64,000 nucleotides of DNA from Octopus sinensis (taxonomy: Eukaryota): NCBI RefSeq assembly GCF_006345805.1, contig NC_042997.1:162626001-162690000 (forward strand). The letters are read 5' to 3'. A model generated the notes under the pieces. It did no database searches. It was not told the DNA's origin and saw only the letters and a program-made list of their open reading frames with translations. The first letter of the stretch is position 1, and each line of letters starts with the position of its first letter. A program made the position numbers and the translations under genes. Of this stretch, positions 38,024 to 51,241 are shown in pieces.

Positions 38024-41000
38024 TATGTGTGTGTGTACTTGCATGTGTACATGCAAATGTGTGTGGATGTTGATAGTTTGTTGGTCACTGTTTGAGTGAA
38101 GCAGCACTCATATTTACATTCTTTGTTGGCATTATGATTGGTTACTCAACACTTTCAGACTTTTATGGAATATGAAAATCTCTTACCTGTAAAACAGGTG
38201 ATCCATGGCATGTTGGTTCGTTACCTAGTTGGTAGCCCCTATCATCCAACTATTTGCAGCTGACCAACAACTCATCCAGAAGAACCCACAGTTTGTAATG
38301 ATGTTGGCCAGTAGAAACCAGACTGCTCAACATTAGAACAGACTCCTGCATGCCTTGATCAATGAGAATGTAGAGGGGTTGGCATAGGACAGCCAGCGAT
38401 GGGGGGCACTGGTGGACCTGATCAGCTCTACACATGATGGCACCTCTGGGTCTCCTAAGCTGGGATGACCCTAGCCCCATCAAGCAAGTGCATGATTGAA
38501 TGAGTGTAAAATGGGTGTGTATTGGTTATAGGGGAGCATTGTCATTATCACTGTTGTTCTAACATTCACTTTCCCTTGCTCACATGGGTCATACAGAGGT
38601 GGATTTTCTTTGGCAGGATGCCCTCCCTGTTGCCAACCCGCACCTGTTTCCAAGGTAATATTTCCCATAACCAGACATGTTTCTTATGGAAGATTGGAAA
38701 TGGACACCATTTGCATGATAGTGTCACTTGTTTTCAAATACCATTTGATGTCTAAGCAAGGAGACAGTAACATGTGTGTACATGCATGTGTACACACACA
38801 CATGATGGGCTTCCATTAGTTTCCTTCAACCAAATCCACTCACAAGGTTTTGGTTGGACCAAAAAATTCTGTCTTCAAAATCAATTCCTGTCAAAGATAT
38901 GCTAGCATAGAAAAACAGATATTAAACAGACACACACACACACACACTCTCTCATTCCTGCTTTTACCCATTCTTTCTCATGCTCTCTTTCAATCAGTTT
39001 TTTTAATGCTTTACTTAGTATTTTAATAAATGGTGTTTTCCATACTACATACTGTGTTTGGTAAATTATTATTGCAGCAGTGTGTCCCAGTTTATGATAA
39101 GCGATATCTCATAAGGTGCCCAATACTAGAAAAAAAAAGTGTTTCTCATACGTGATTTAGATGGTAAATGATCAATGAAAATTGACAACCTGCTGTAAAA
39201 CATAGGTTGGAGAAACAGAAAAAAACTTTTTTATATATTTTATTTTATGTATATATATACCTGGTGAGGATTGAGTCGATTATGATGTACAACATAAATT
39301 TGAAACATGATTCAATATAAATGTCATCTGAGACATTAGAGATGTATGTGATGGTATGTAATGTGGTTCAGTGACATTTATTGCATGTAGTATTAGTAGT
39401 AGTAGTAGTAGTAGTAGTAGTAGCAGTTGTAAAAGGCATATAGGACAGGGAGGGAATGTTTCAGAAATTTTGGTTTTACAGATGAAAAATAAAGTAAGAT
39501 AGGATCACCACAAAAAATGTAATGTGAAAATCTATCCAATTCATGCTAGAATGGTAAAATAGTTAAATCACTGATTATAATGATTTATGTTACACACACA
39601 CTCACACATGCACACATAATTATTTTTAATTTTGATACAAGACCAGCAATTCTGATGGGAGGGAGCAAGCCAATTACATTTGTTTCCCCCCAGTGCTCAA
39701 CTGGTACTTATTTTGTTGACTCCGAAAGACAAAGCCAACCTCAGTAGAATTTGAGCCCAGAATGTAGAGTCAGAAGAAATAATAAGTTTTCTTGTCTGAT
39801 GTGCTACCAGTCCTGCTTTAAAGATGACCTTTAGTCATGAATGACCATGGGATTGCACTTAGAAAGTTACCCTCCGAGATACAAGTCCAGGCAAGGTTGT
39901 TTATGGAAGACCAGCAGTCACCCATGCATGCCAGCCTCCACTCTCTATGCCACTGATGTTATCCAAGGGAAAGGCAAAGGCCGATACAGTTTGGCACCAG
40001 TGGCATCGCATCTCATCTCTATAGCTGATTAAACTGGAGCAATGTGAAATAAAATGTCTTGCTCAAGAGCACAACACACAATCTGGTCTAAGAATTGAAC
40101 TCACAATCTCATGATTGTGAGCCTGATGCTCTAACCATTGAGCCATTGCTTTACACATATATTTAATTCTTTCTACTATAGGTACAAGACCTGAAATTTT
40201 GGTACTGGGGCTAGTCAATTACATTTACCCCAGTATGCAACTGGTATTTATTTTATCAACCATGAAAGAATGAAAGGCAAAGTTGGCCTCAGTGGAATTT
40301 GAACCCGGAATGTAAAGCCAAAAGTAATACAGCTAAACATTTTGTCCGGCATGGTTATAATTCTGCCTGCTCACCACCTTACACTTGTACTCTTTTACTC
40401 TTTTCAGTCATTTGACTGCAGCCACACTGGATTTTGCTTTTCGGATGAAAGGCAAAATCGACCTCAGCAGAATTTGAACTCAGAATGCAATGTGTAATGA
40501 CAGACGAAATACTGCTAAGCATTTCACCCGGCATGCTAATGATTCTACCAGTTCACCACCTTTAACTGTCACAATATAGAAACATTTCCCATGGCATCAG
40601 CACACAATTTACAGATGCTTACATTTTTTTATATTTTACATGAATTTTTCACAGGTCCAGCTAGTTAAAATAAATTTACTAAATCTGTTTACAAAGAATA
40701 ATTATTTTATACTTTCTTCTTCATCTTTCTCATCTTTTTGTCATCTTAAGTGTTGTCAATCCTTCCCCTGTCTCTGTGGATGAGCCAATGAAATGGTGAA
40801 TACCATATTCAAACAGGGGCTCAGAAAAAAAATTAGAGATTTACATTTTTTATATGTATTTTGGTAAATTCTACTATTAATAATTTCTATTCATTTTCCT
40901 TAGACTAATTTCAAGCATTAAAAGAAGTATTTCATGTGAAATAAATTTTACCCAGATAATTTTTATCTTTAATACTTTATGTCTTGTTAAAAGTCCTTTG

Positions 41001-43719
41001 TGTGTAGTCACTCCTGAGTTTCTGTAAAAAAAATATTTTGAACGTCATTAAAAAGAAGAGTCAAATAGTGACAATTTGTTTTGTTGAAAGTTGAAAATTT
41101 TATTCTTTTCTAATTAAGTTGTTATTTGATATTCTCTAAATTAAAAATTTAGTTTAGGTTTTCTTCAGTTGAATTCTTTTGTTAAATTGTGAACAACTTT
41201 ATACAGTATTTTCTTTTGCATATATTTTTAGCATAAATCATCAAATTTGATCATATTATGAAGAATAATGATTATTTTTATTGTGTAATGTGAGAACCTG
41301 AGGGAATAAATGTGAACTACTATCATATCTGTATAGACATAAACTTAAAAATAGTCATTATCATAATTTTGTGATTGATCCTTAAACTCCACTACTATTT
41401 TTTGGAGGGTGGAGAGTTTATTTCTTGAGAAAGCAGAATTAAAATTACCTCAGGGTGACTTTGATCATTTTACAACTCTTTTCAATTTATCTACCGTGGC
41501 TTTGTAATGAAAATAGAATGGTGTAAAATATTACCGCTCATCCTTACGGGTGTTTACACTACTGTTCATTCTTAGGGTGTTTTGTTATTTTTTATAATAT
41601 TTATATATTTATATATTTGATATCTAAATCAAGTGTTCATCTCATGTAATGGAAATGCATAAATTATTAAACACAGTGATTGCTACTTCTCTGATAATTT
41701 GTTTTATACAGACAATAGGTTTTGAATTAATACTGAGCTATTAAAGGTTTGGTCAAAGAAATCTTGAAATTGTGTAGTCTTTAAAACACTGCATTAGCTG
41801 AAAACAATAACTGTGTTACATTCAGATAGAGTATAAATTAACTAACTGGAAAAATGTTTACAGCTATCCAAAGACAAAAAAAACATATGAAGTTTATGAA
41901 AAAGATTTTTTGAAAAAAATTTACATTATGAAAATGGAATTCACTTATTTCTTGTTTCCTACATTTCTTTTACTTCATTTTTATGAAACTCAAGCAAGTG
42001 TTTTGTAATCAGATAATGTCACCCATGTCAGTTATAATGTAAGCTTAGCATCAGTTCTTTAGCAAGCCAACTTAAGACTTGGATTGAATAGATCTGAACT
42101 TTATTAAAAAATTATAGCAAATCAATAAATCAAAGTTGAAACATTATTGAAAACAGCTTGTTGTTCAACTAAAAATCTTGAAAGCAGTGCCCCAGTATAG
42201 CTGCAGTCTAATAAATGAAATCAATAGAAAGTAAAGGAATAAAGTATCCATCCATTCATCCATTTTTGCCCACTATTCCTGGCAGCATTGATGGGGAACT
42301 ATAAGAAACAACTGTGATCAATCTTTTGGAATCCTGTTTGGATTCCCAAGCATGACCAATGCAAATTATGGATATTATTCAACCTTCTTGCTCATGGTCT
42401 ACCCCTGAACCTCTCTTCTCCTCTCAAGGTATAAAATTATTTAAGAAAAATTATTTTGGTAGATACTTATATAAGTGTTCCAGGACTACATTATTGAATG
42501 TGATTCTCATTGGTCAAAGTAGGTCACATGATAAAATCAGTGACTGGGCAAAAATGTCATTACTATAGCTGTTGTGCTATGGTATCATGGAAAGCACTAA
42601 TCCAGACTTGATTTTTAAAGGACAGCTGCTTGACAGTGCTTGTTGGCCATAAATTTGAATCAGTAGTCCATGTATAATTGGGTGTATGGAAGCTGTTAAA
42701 AAGGAATTTTTTCTGATCTCTGATCAAGTGTTATCACTGGTTGTTTTAAAACATGACCAATCTCAGCCAGTGAGCATCGGCCTAACTGGTCTGTTAGACT
42801 GACACACACCCATTGACTATATATTACCTGAACATCCCTGGGGTGTACTACATGTGAGTGAAACTCTGAGCAGCAATGGAGTGAATCAACTGTCTTCTAA
42901 TTATTCACACACAGAGATACAGTCTCTCTCTTTGGTTTCAAACTAAGAACATTCAGTTTGTTTGGTCAGCTGAATGATCTTCTAACTGAAATAACATGAG
43001 AAGTGGCTGAATATTCCACAGATACATGAACCTTTAATGTAATAGAATCAGTGTGATATGGCTAGACCTTTGAATTGAGTACACTCCACCCTGAAAATCT
43101 TTACGTAGTTTCCATTTGCCCAATTTCACTAAGCTTGGATCAACCCAAGGTGACACAGTGGGATTGAAACTGGGACCTCATGGTTGCAAAGTGAACTTCT
43201 TAGCCTGTCAGCTGTAGCTGCATACACACGTACACACACACACTCACATGTACATAAAATCTATGGTGTATGTTTTGCTTGCTACTATTTTATATGCAAT
43301 CAACTGTTTTACAAAAGTCTTCACACTTTAACTGTGAAGAAATTTGACTTTCAAAACAGATATATTCCATTGCTTTTAGTTAACATTTTTTGAATCGGCT
43401 TTTTATACGACCGGTATCAAGTGATAGTGGCAGTGGAGGGAACTCTTCTAATTTAAAGGCAACAGCATCGTATTTGATCACCGTTAAATATGCTAAAGAT
43501 CAGATCAGTATTCTCAAAAGAAGGAAGAATAAGACAACTTTTATTGATTTTTATTTACATTTATTTTCTGTCTTTTCTGTTTCACTTCTTTAACTTTGCA
43601 CAGTTTACTACAGCATATGTATCTATACTCTAGTAACATTGTTATCGTCTGTCTCTACAACCTTCTACGTCATTTGTGTTTTCCTTCTAGTATCATCTTT
43701 AACCTTTGTCTCTCTCTCT

Positions 43720-43757
<38 letters not shown>

Positions 43758-45015
43758 TCCTATATATTTCTCTTTCTTTTGTGTGTGTTTCTATCCTACT
43801 AACACATTTAATCTCTGTTGTCCACATATCTTCCTACATATTCCATGATTATGCTTTAACCTTTATCCACTCATCTTTCTACATCTTTTCTGTTTATATT
43901 CTAATATCATCTTTAACATTTAACTGCAAATTATTGTACGTCTTTTCTCCTTCATATTGTTTCAGATCATTTTCTTAGATTTTTCCTTTCTATTTGTTCC
44001 CCGCCTTAGTTTCTTTCATCTTCATAAAATTCCCTCCTCATTTTATGAAAACTTTTGTCATGAGAATTGTTTGCTATCTCTTTCCTATCTATTCCATTAT
44101 CCTCATTAAATGCCATTGATTTTTGTTGTTCTTTCTTTGCTTTTTTTTTTATTCTTTGTGTCTACTTTGGTTCGTTCATAACTTTTCGACTTCATATTTT
44201 CTTTAATTCTCTCTGAATTTTGATTATAATATTTTCATAGTTCCTTTGGAATGCTTTTCTTCATATCTTTATATTCACTTCAAGTCTCCTTCCTCAAATT
44301 ATACTATTTCATTTTCAGACCCTTTCTTCCTTCACTGTTGTCTTCCATTCTCTTTCACCTCCTTTTTATCATCTAGATTCTTCCCACTCATTGTAGTCTT
44401 CACTTTTTCCGTCTCTCCTGCAACTGTAGTAGAAACTTTTTTCCCACTTCCTTTCCTAATGCTCTCTTACTATTTTTTCTTCATATTTTCAATACTCTCT
44501 GTCCCTTCTGCCTCTACACACATTCCATGCATACACACACATACTTATGCATACACACATGCAATCATTCACAAGCTTTCTCTCTTTGCCCTTTTTCTAA
44601 ACAATTTTATTATCTCAATACTTTTTGTTAATTTGCCAAAACTTTTCTCCACTCTTCAACATGCTCCTTAATCCTGATCCCATTACAATTTATGCAAGTT
44701 ATTAGGCAGAGTTATTACATATATATATATATATGTACATGTGTTTTTCCTCCTCCTGAAAATAGGGCTCCATCAGGGTACCTAACTATACAACTTCTCA
44801 TAATGACACCTCCACTTCTCTCACCTTGATGTTCCAGCAATGTCCAATCCCTTTCATTTTGTTCAGTTGCTCCATTCCTGGGACTAATGAAAATTAACAT
44901 CTTTTTGCTACTTCTTAACATTACATCCAAGAAAAATGCTTGCCAATTCTTCTCAGTTCTTCTGATATATAAGAAATATATATAGTATATTTATATATAT
45001 ATATTTATGTGTATG

Positions 45016-45088
<73 letters not shown>

Positions 45089-45257
45089 CATCTATATATG
45101 TGTATATGTAATGTGTATATTATATATATATGTGTACACACACACACACACACACACAGAAAGTTAATGAACACTATTTTAGGCTTCTGACCAAACTTTT
45201 AAGCGTTTTGCATGATTTTTGTTTACTTGTTTTTTAATATATTTTCTTTTTCTTCTC

Positions 45258-45289
<32 letters not shown>

Positions 45290-47287
45290 GATGATTGCCT
45301 CTTTTATATTAGTTCCAGCTAAGGAAAACATCAATAAATTTTTGGAAGTTCTGAATGTTCCAGGTAAAAAACAAAAAAAAAAACCAAAAAAAAAACAGCC
45401 CCCAAAATCTTGCAACTTATCGCAACTACATAAAAGAGTTGAATGGATGTGGTAAAAAAAAAAAAAAAAGAAAATATAAAATCAATTATGCTATATTAGT
45501 AAATTACTAAATTTCTGATGTTGCAAATCTAACATTTGGATTAAATTGGTTATTTCATCTCACGGAAAATGTTCGCCCTTAATATTTGAACCATAGGATG
45601 AGGCGGTAAAAATTTCATAAAAAGATTATTTCTTTTTTTTTCCTTTTTTTTTTTTTTTTGTTAAATTCTCCACAAAATCACCACCTAGGAATTGATTCCA
45701 CGCTTTCAATTTTTGGCCACATATTTTCAAAGTTATTGGTTACATTTGCCATTTACTTCCCTGACTCTTAGATTATCTTCATTATTTTCATACACTCTTT
45801 CTTTTTCTACTTATATCATTTACTCCCCCAACTTTTTTCTTTATATTTCACCCACTCTTTCTCTCCTGCATCCATTCGTCTTGTCTTCTTTTAAAACTCA
45901 TCTACATCACACTTTTGTTTTTATTCTCCTCGCACTCTTCGTCTTTACTTTCCCTATATTAATATTTACTAGCATCATATCCTATATATTCTGTCTTTTA
46001 CTGCATTTTTATTTTATTTTTATCTATTATTTTTACATTTTAAGCTTCATGTTAGGTGTAAAATCCTCACTTCCTATTTTATTGCCCATCACCTCTGATG
46101 TGTGGTTTGTTTTGTTTGTTTCCTTCTTTCTTTAATTTCTTTCCCTCTGCTTCTCTCTCTTTCATATTCATCTTTCACTTACTAATTCTCTCCCTCCTCA
46201 AACTTTACGCTCCCACTCTCTCTGTTTGTTACCTCACCATGTTTTCCTCTCCTTCTCTCTTCATACCCTCCTTCTCTCTCTCCTCTTCCACCTTGCCTAA
46301 TTCCTCTCATCACATCAAAGGAAACCACTGACAGTTATTTTAAATCCTAACTCTTTCATATCTCTCTAGTTGACAGATTAGCTTAATTTTCTGCTGTAAT
46401 TTCTTATTTTATTCATTTATATTTTTCCCTAATATTCATACACACAAGATTATCTCATAAAAGAAGGGGGAGCCAAAAACAAAAAAAAAAGGAACAAATA
46501 AATAAATAAATAACTGGTGATATCAGAATACACAAAAGATTTTATGTGTCCCCTTTGCTCTTAAAGCCATTTGAGGTATTAAGGTTATAAAAAATTTACA
46601 AATTACACTAATTTAACTGTCTTTTTCTCTTTAATTTGGAATTTTTCAAAAGCTCTAATGTTGCCCTATTTCTCAAAGAAATGCTCTCTTTTCCTTTCTT
46701 TCCTGATTTTTCTCTTTCTGTAAATTTGCATAGGCCCACCATTTTCTAACGGAATAAAAATTCTTGCAGTATTGACGTATTAGTGAGTGTAATACTTTAG
46801 TGCCTATCTTAATGTGGCAATATGTGTTTATATGCCTGTGTCTCTCTATCTGTCTATGTGCATGTGTCTTTACATGAATAAACATATTATACATATTCAT
46901 TCACATTTATATTTTTTGATATTTATATGGAGTCCTATCTTGATCACAGTTTTTGTCTTTTACAGTTGGTATAGTCTTGCTCAAAACAAAGTCATCTAAC
47001 AACTTGAGTTTTGCTGTGCTTCTGAGCACTTTTTTTGCATATTCATATTTACTACCCATTCGGCAGTGCATCCACACTAAACGCTTGCTCAATAGCTGGG
47101 AAATTGAAGAGCTGTTTAATGAGAAAATGGAGATTTGAAACAACAGTGTTCTTTGATACTCTCTTATCACTGAGCACGGAAATGTTCACTACTAGACTAA
47201 TTTATATTCACTATTGATTGAAGTATCATTTTGTTCTGGTTACAAAAAAAAGAGACTTTTTTTGTGCTTTGTTTTAACATAAATTTG

Positions 47288-47328
<41 letters not shown>

Positions 47329-48794
47329 TCATGCACTCTTTGGAAGCACACTTCATTTTGTGGGCCCTCTCCTTAACCCTGTTAACTACTGCCTTATCAC
47401 CTTCACATCCAACATGTCAAAAATAGGACATTAGTTGTTAAGAATCACTTCCTTAATCATTTCCAGTATCTCTTCCCTTGGTAAACTATCAGAGTTTCCC
47501 TTGGGCCCAGTTTTACTGTAGATTTTCCTTCCTATATCATTCACTAATGGTACCTGACCCTTGAGCATTTCAACAGAAAACTGTTTTTCCATTTGACATC
47601 AGCAAATGTTTATCTATACAACCATGCTAGAAATAAGAATCAAATTTTCTCCATATCACGTTTTACCATTTGAAAAAGAAGGAAGGAAAGTGTAGTCCTA
47701 ATACACTGTCGTGTGGTTAGAGCATCAGGCTTGCAATCACGAGGTTGTGAGTTTGATTCCCAGACTGGGCTGTATGTAGTGTTCTTGAGCAAGACACTTT
47801 GTTTCGCATTGTTTCAGTTCACTCAGCTGTAGAAATGAGTTGCGACACTACTGGTACCAAGTTGTATTGACCTTTGCTTTCTCCTTGCTTAACATCATTG
47901 GCATAGAGAGGAGTGGTTGGTATGCATGGGCGACTGCTGATCTCCCGTAAACAATCTTGCCTAGACTTGAGCCTTGAAGGGTAACTTTATTAGTGCAATT
48001 CCATGGTCATTCATGATCAAAGTGGGGTCTTTACCCTTTACCTAAATACACTGAATAAAAGATGTGAAGGTCAAAGGTCACAGTTAAAATACACTTGATC
48101 ATAGGTATGTGTGATCAGAACTATATTTGATCGAAGCTGATCTAGGATTAATCAAGAAATTGCTTTTGATGTGATTTTCTTCATATTAATTAGAGTAGTC
48201 TCTGTACTTATGTTGATGAAAATATTGTTAGTAATATCTACCATGTAATGAATTAATGATGAACCAAATTTACTCAGATTTGACTTATTTACAAAACAAT
48301 AAATTTAATAAAATGGTTAATAGAATTACTGACCTAAATTTTCTCTTGTGAATTTCTAATTTTGATTCTTTCAAAAATTTTGGAAGTGATTGTTTGGTAT
48401 TAAGTCAGCTCTGAATATATTGAAAAGTATTCAAGCTATCTTCATTTCATCTATTTCTTAGCTGATATGATTCTGGGGTCACATTGTCCAATGTGCTCTT
48501 CTTTTAAGACAGTTGGAGTAATTTGAATGAGATTTAGTTGCTATTTCTAACAAATTGAGCAACCAAGTAGTGTTTCTCTTATTAGCTCAAGGTGGTAGGT
48601 ATTTTACTAGAGCATCCCATTTTTAAGCACCAAACACTTTTATGATCAAATACTTGACTGACATTATCTGTATTGCTGTTTGAAGTAACTTCACTCAATC
48701 TCAACAGACAAACTATTTAACTTTTTCTTATTAAATTTTCTTTATTTTACTTTTGACAAATCTAATTTTGATTTTCTACTATTATTTTCTGCAG

Positions 48795-48876
48795 ATGTGC
48801 TTAGAATTTGGGATTCACTACTCTCTGATGAGAAACGGTTTCGTTTTCTTATTACGATCTGCTGTGCCATGTTAAT
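48795..48876 (+). CDS. TBC1D13: TBC1D13 exon (D)VLRIWDSLLSDEKRFRFLITICCAML(I)
   Basis: gcag|AT...AT|gtaagt, 82 nt; RIWD motif; follows a ~19.5 kb intron. Confidence 0.94.
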
Positions 48877-50011
48877 GTAAGTCTACTTTTATTTGTTGTG
48901 TTCTGAATACTCATGCTTTATTTTAAATACACAGTCTGTATATATTTTAAATGTTTGTTGATCATTAAATAAGATAAGTGCCAATTAAATATGATTTGTT
49001 AATTACAGTTTCTTCTATTAGGATTAATTTATTTTATTTTCAACATGGAATTGTAGTGGGGTGAGAAAAGAATTTGTTGATCTGTAACGAAAATATCTGG
49101 AAATCAAATAGATGATGCCAAACCATATATCTCTCTCTTCCCTTACTATCCCACTTATATCCTGATCCCTGTTCCTTGTGAATATGCTCTGGCACTACAC
49201 CACCATCTCTCTCCTGCTCTTTCCTGAAATCTTGCTGTCTTCCACTCTCTCTCTCTCCAGGTAATCATGTACCTCCTCTACAACAAGACACCTGTTTCTG
49301 AGTCTCTGTTTCTCTGTCACTCTCTAACCTTTCATCATCTGACACAAGATCACCCTCTCCAATGCCCCCTCTCCCTTCAAAGGTTCTTTGTCTTGCAAGT
49401 TACTTGGTGACCCTGCCAGTGCTGGTGCCATGTAAAAAGCTTCCAGTCCACACTGTAAAGTGGTTGGCATTTGGAAGGGCATCTAGCTGTAAAATCATGC
49501 CAAACTGACCTCACCTGTGCTTGTGCCATGTAAAAAGAACTCAGTCCATTCTGTAGGATGGTTGGTATTTGCAAGGGCATCAAGTCGTAAAAACCATGCC
49601 AAAACTGACACAGAAGTCTAGTGCAGTCTTCTGCCTGGGTAACTTCTGTCAAACTGTCCAACCCATGCTAGCATGAAAAGTGGATTTTAAACGATGATCA
49701 TGATAAAGAATGCACAAAATATTTTAATATTTTTATACAATTCTTAGGATTTTTTGAACATCGAATATCTATGAGGGTCCACCTGAGTAAAATAGGAATC
49801 AAAGGGGCCCATGGCTAAAGAATGTTTGAGAAACACTATATTAAAACATGTAATACAGGCTTGATTTCAGATATGGTACCCTTCGGGTGGGGGTGTATTG
49901 AAACATTTTTGGTGGGGAAAATGTTTGTTGTATATGCCATCAAATATTGTACTTAATCTTCACTATGTCTTATAAAATTTATAATATTTGTTTTATCTTT
50001 CAAATGTTTAG

Positions 50012-50069
50012 ACTCCTTCGTAGTGATATACTCAAAGATGATTTTCCCACCAATATGAAGTTACTTCAG
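50012..50069 (+). CDS. TBC1D13: TBC1D13 penultimate coding exon LLRSDILKDDFPTNMKLLQ
   Basis: ttag|A...CAG|gtaagt, 58 nt; similar to LIREQLLEGDFTVNMRLLQ; terminal exon not located in the window. Confidence 0.92.
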
Positions 50070-51182
50070 GTAAGTTCATTTTACATTTTTGTCCCCTACC
50101 CCATGGTAGAGTAGTCCAATTCATTTAATGTCTTCATTAAATTTTCAGATCAAGTAAATGATAATAAAGAAATATCATCACAAATCTCTAATGTGTCTTG
50201 TAGGGATACTAATGGACTCTACGTGATGGCCTGTCTAGAAATAGTTGTCAAGCCACCCTCAAAAAGCATCTTACTAATTTTGGTTGCAATTATAGACACA
50301 CTAATGACATAATTATCATTGTTATTTTAATGTCTACTTTCCCATACTTGCATAGATCCAACAAAAGTACAGTGGGGTAGGGTTTTCTACAGCTGGATGC
50401 CTTTCTTGATGCCAACCTCCTCCTGATCCAAATGAGATAATAATCTTCAGTCTACTGAACAACAAACAGCCTGTGGACGTTTATGGAGAGAACTAGAAAC
50501 AAATGCCACTGTATAAATGAGACTTTTGTTTACAAAGCTTGCGCAATAATGTCAAGAAGCCTGGACAAGCTTTTGTGGTGGGTTACCCACAAACAACAAA
50601 GTCAGTGAGCACTGATGTTTACAACCGATGAATATATGTGAAGATGAGGGGAATACAAACTCACTCGCACAAAAACACATACATACACAGGCACATACAT
50701 ATACATATATGCATGTGAACAACTGTCTACCAAATTCACTCACAAGCTTTGGCTGGTCCAGTGTTATAGTAGAAGAAACTTGCCCAAGGTGCCACTCACT
50801 GTGACTGAATCCAAAACCTAATGGTCTAGAAGCTAACTTCTTAACCACATACCTATACCCTACACACACACACATCATCTGCATCATTCAACATCCACTC
50901 TGGCGTGCTTACATGAGTGAAATGGAATTTGTTGAGACAGATTTTCTACAGTTAGATGCCCTTGTTCTCTTCAACTATCACACGATCTCAAGACAAGGGT
51001 ATGTACACATGCACACACACAAAAGTATGATGGGCTTCTTCCAGTTTCAATCTACCAAGTTCTGCTCATAACACCCAGGGCTATTGTATTAATCACTTGC
51101 CAAAGTTCCACACAATGGATTTGAATGCCAGACCACATGGTTATGAGGCAAGCTTCTTAACCATAATGCCATGCCTGTTCCT

Positions 51183-51241
<59 letters not shown>

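Noticed and set aside
44921-44961. BH3-like peptide ELRRIGKHF in an alternative minus-strand frame
   Set aside because: Lacks the conserved Asp of LxxxGD and stops immediately; likely chance
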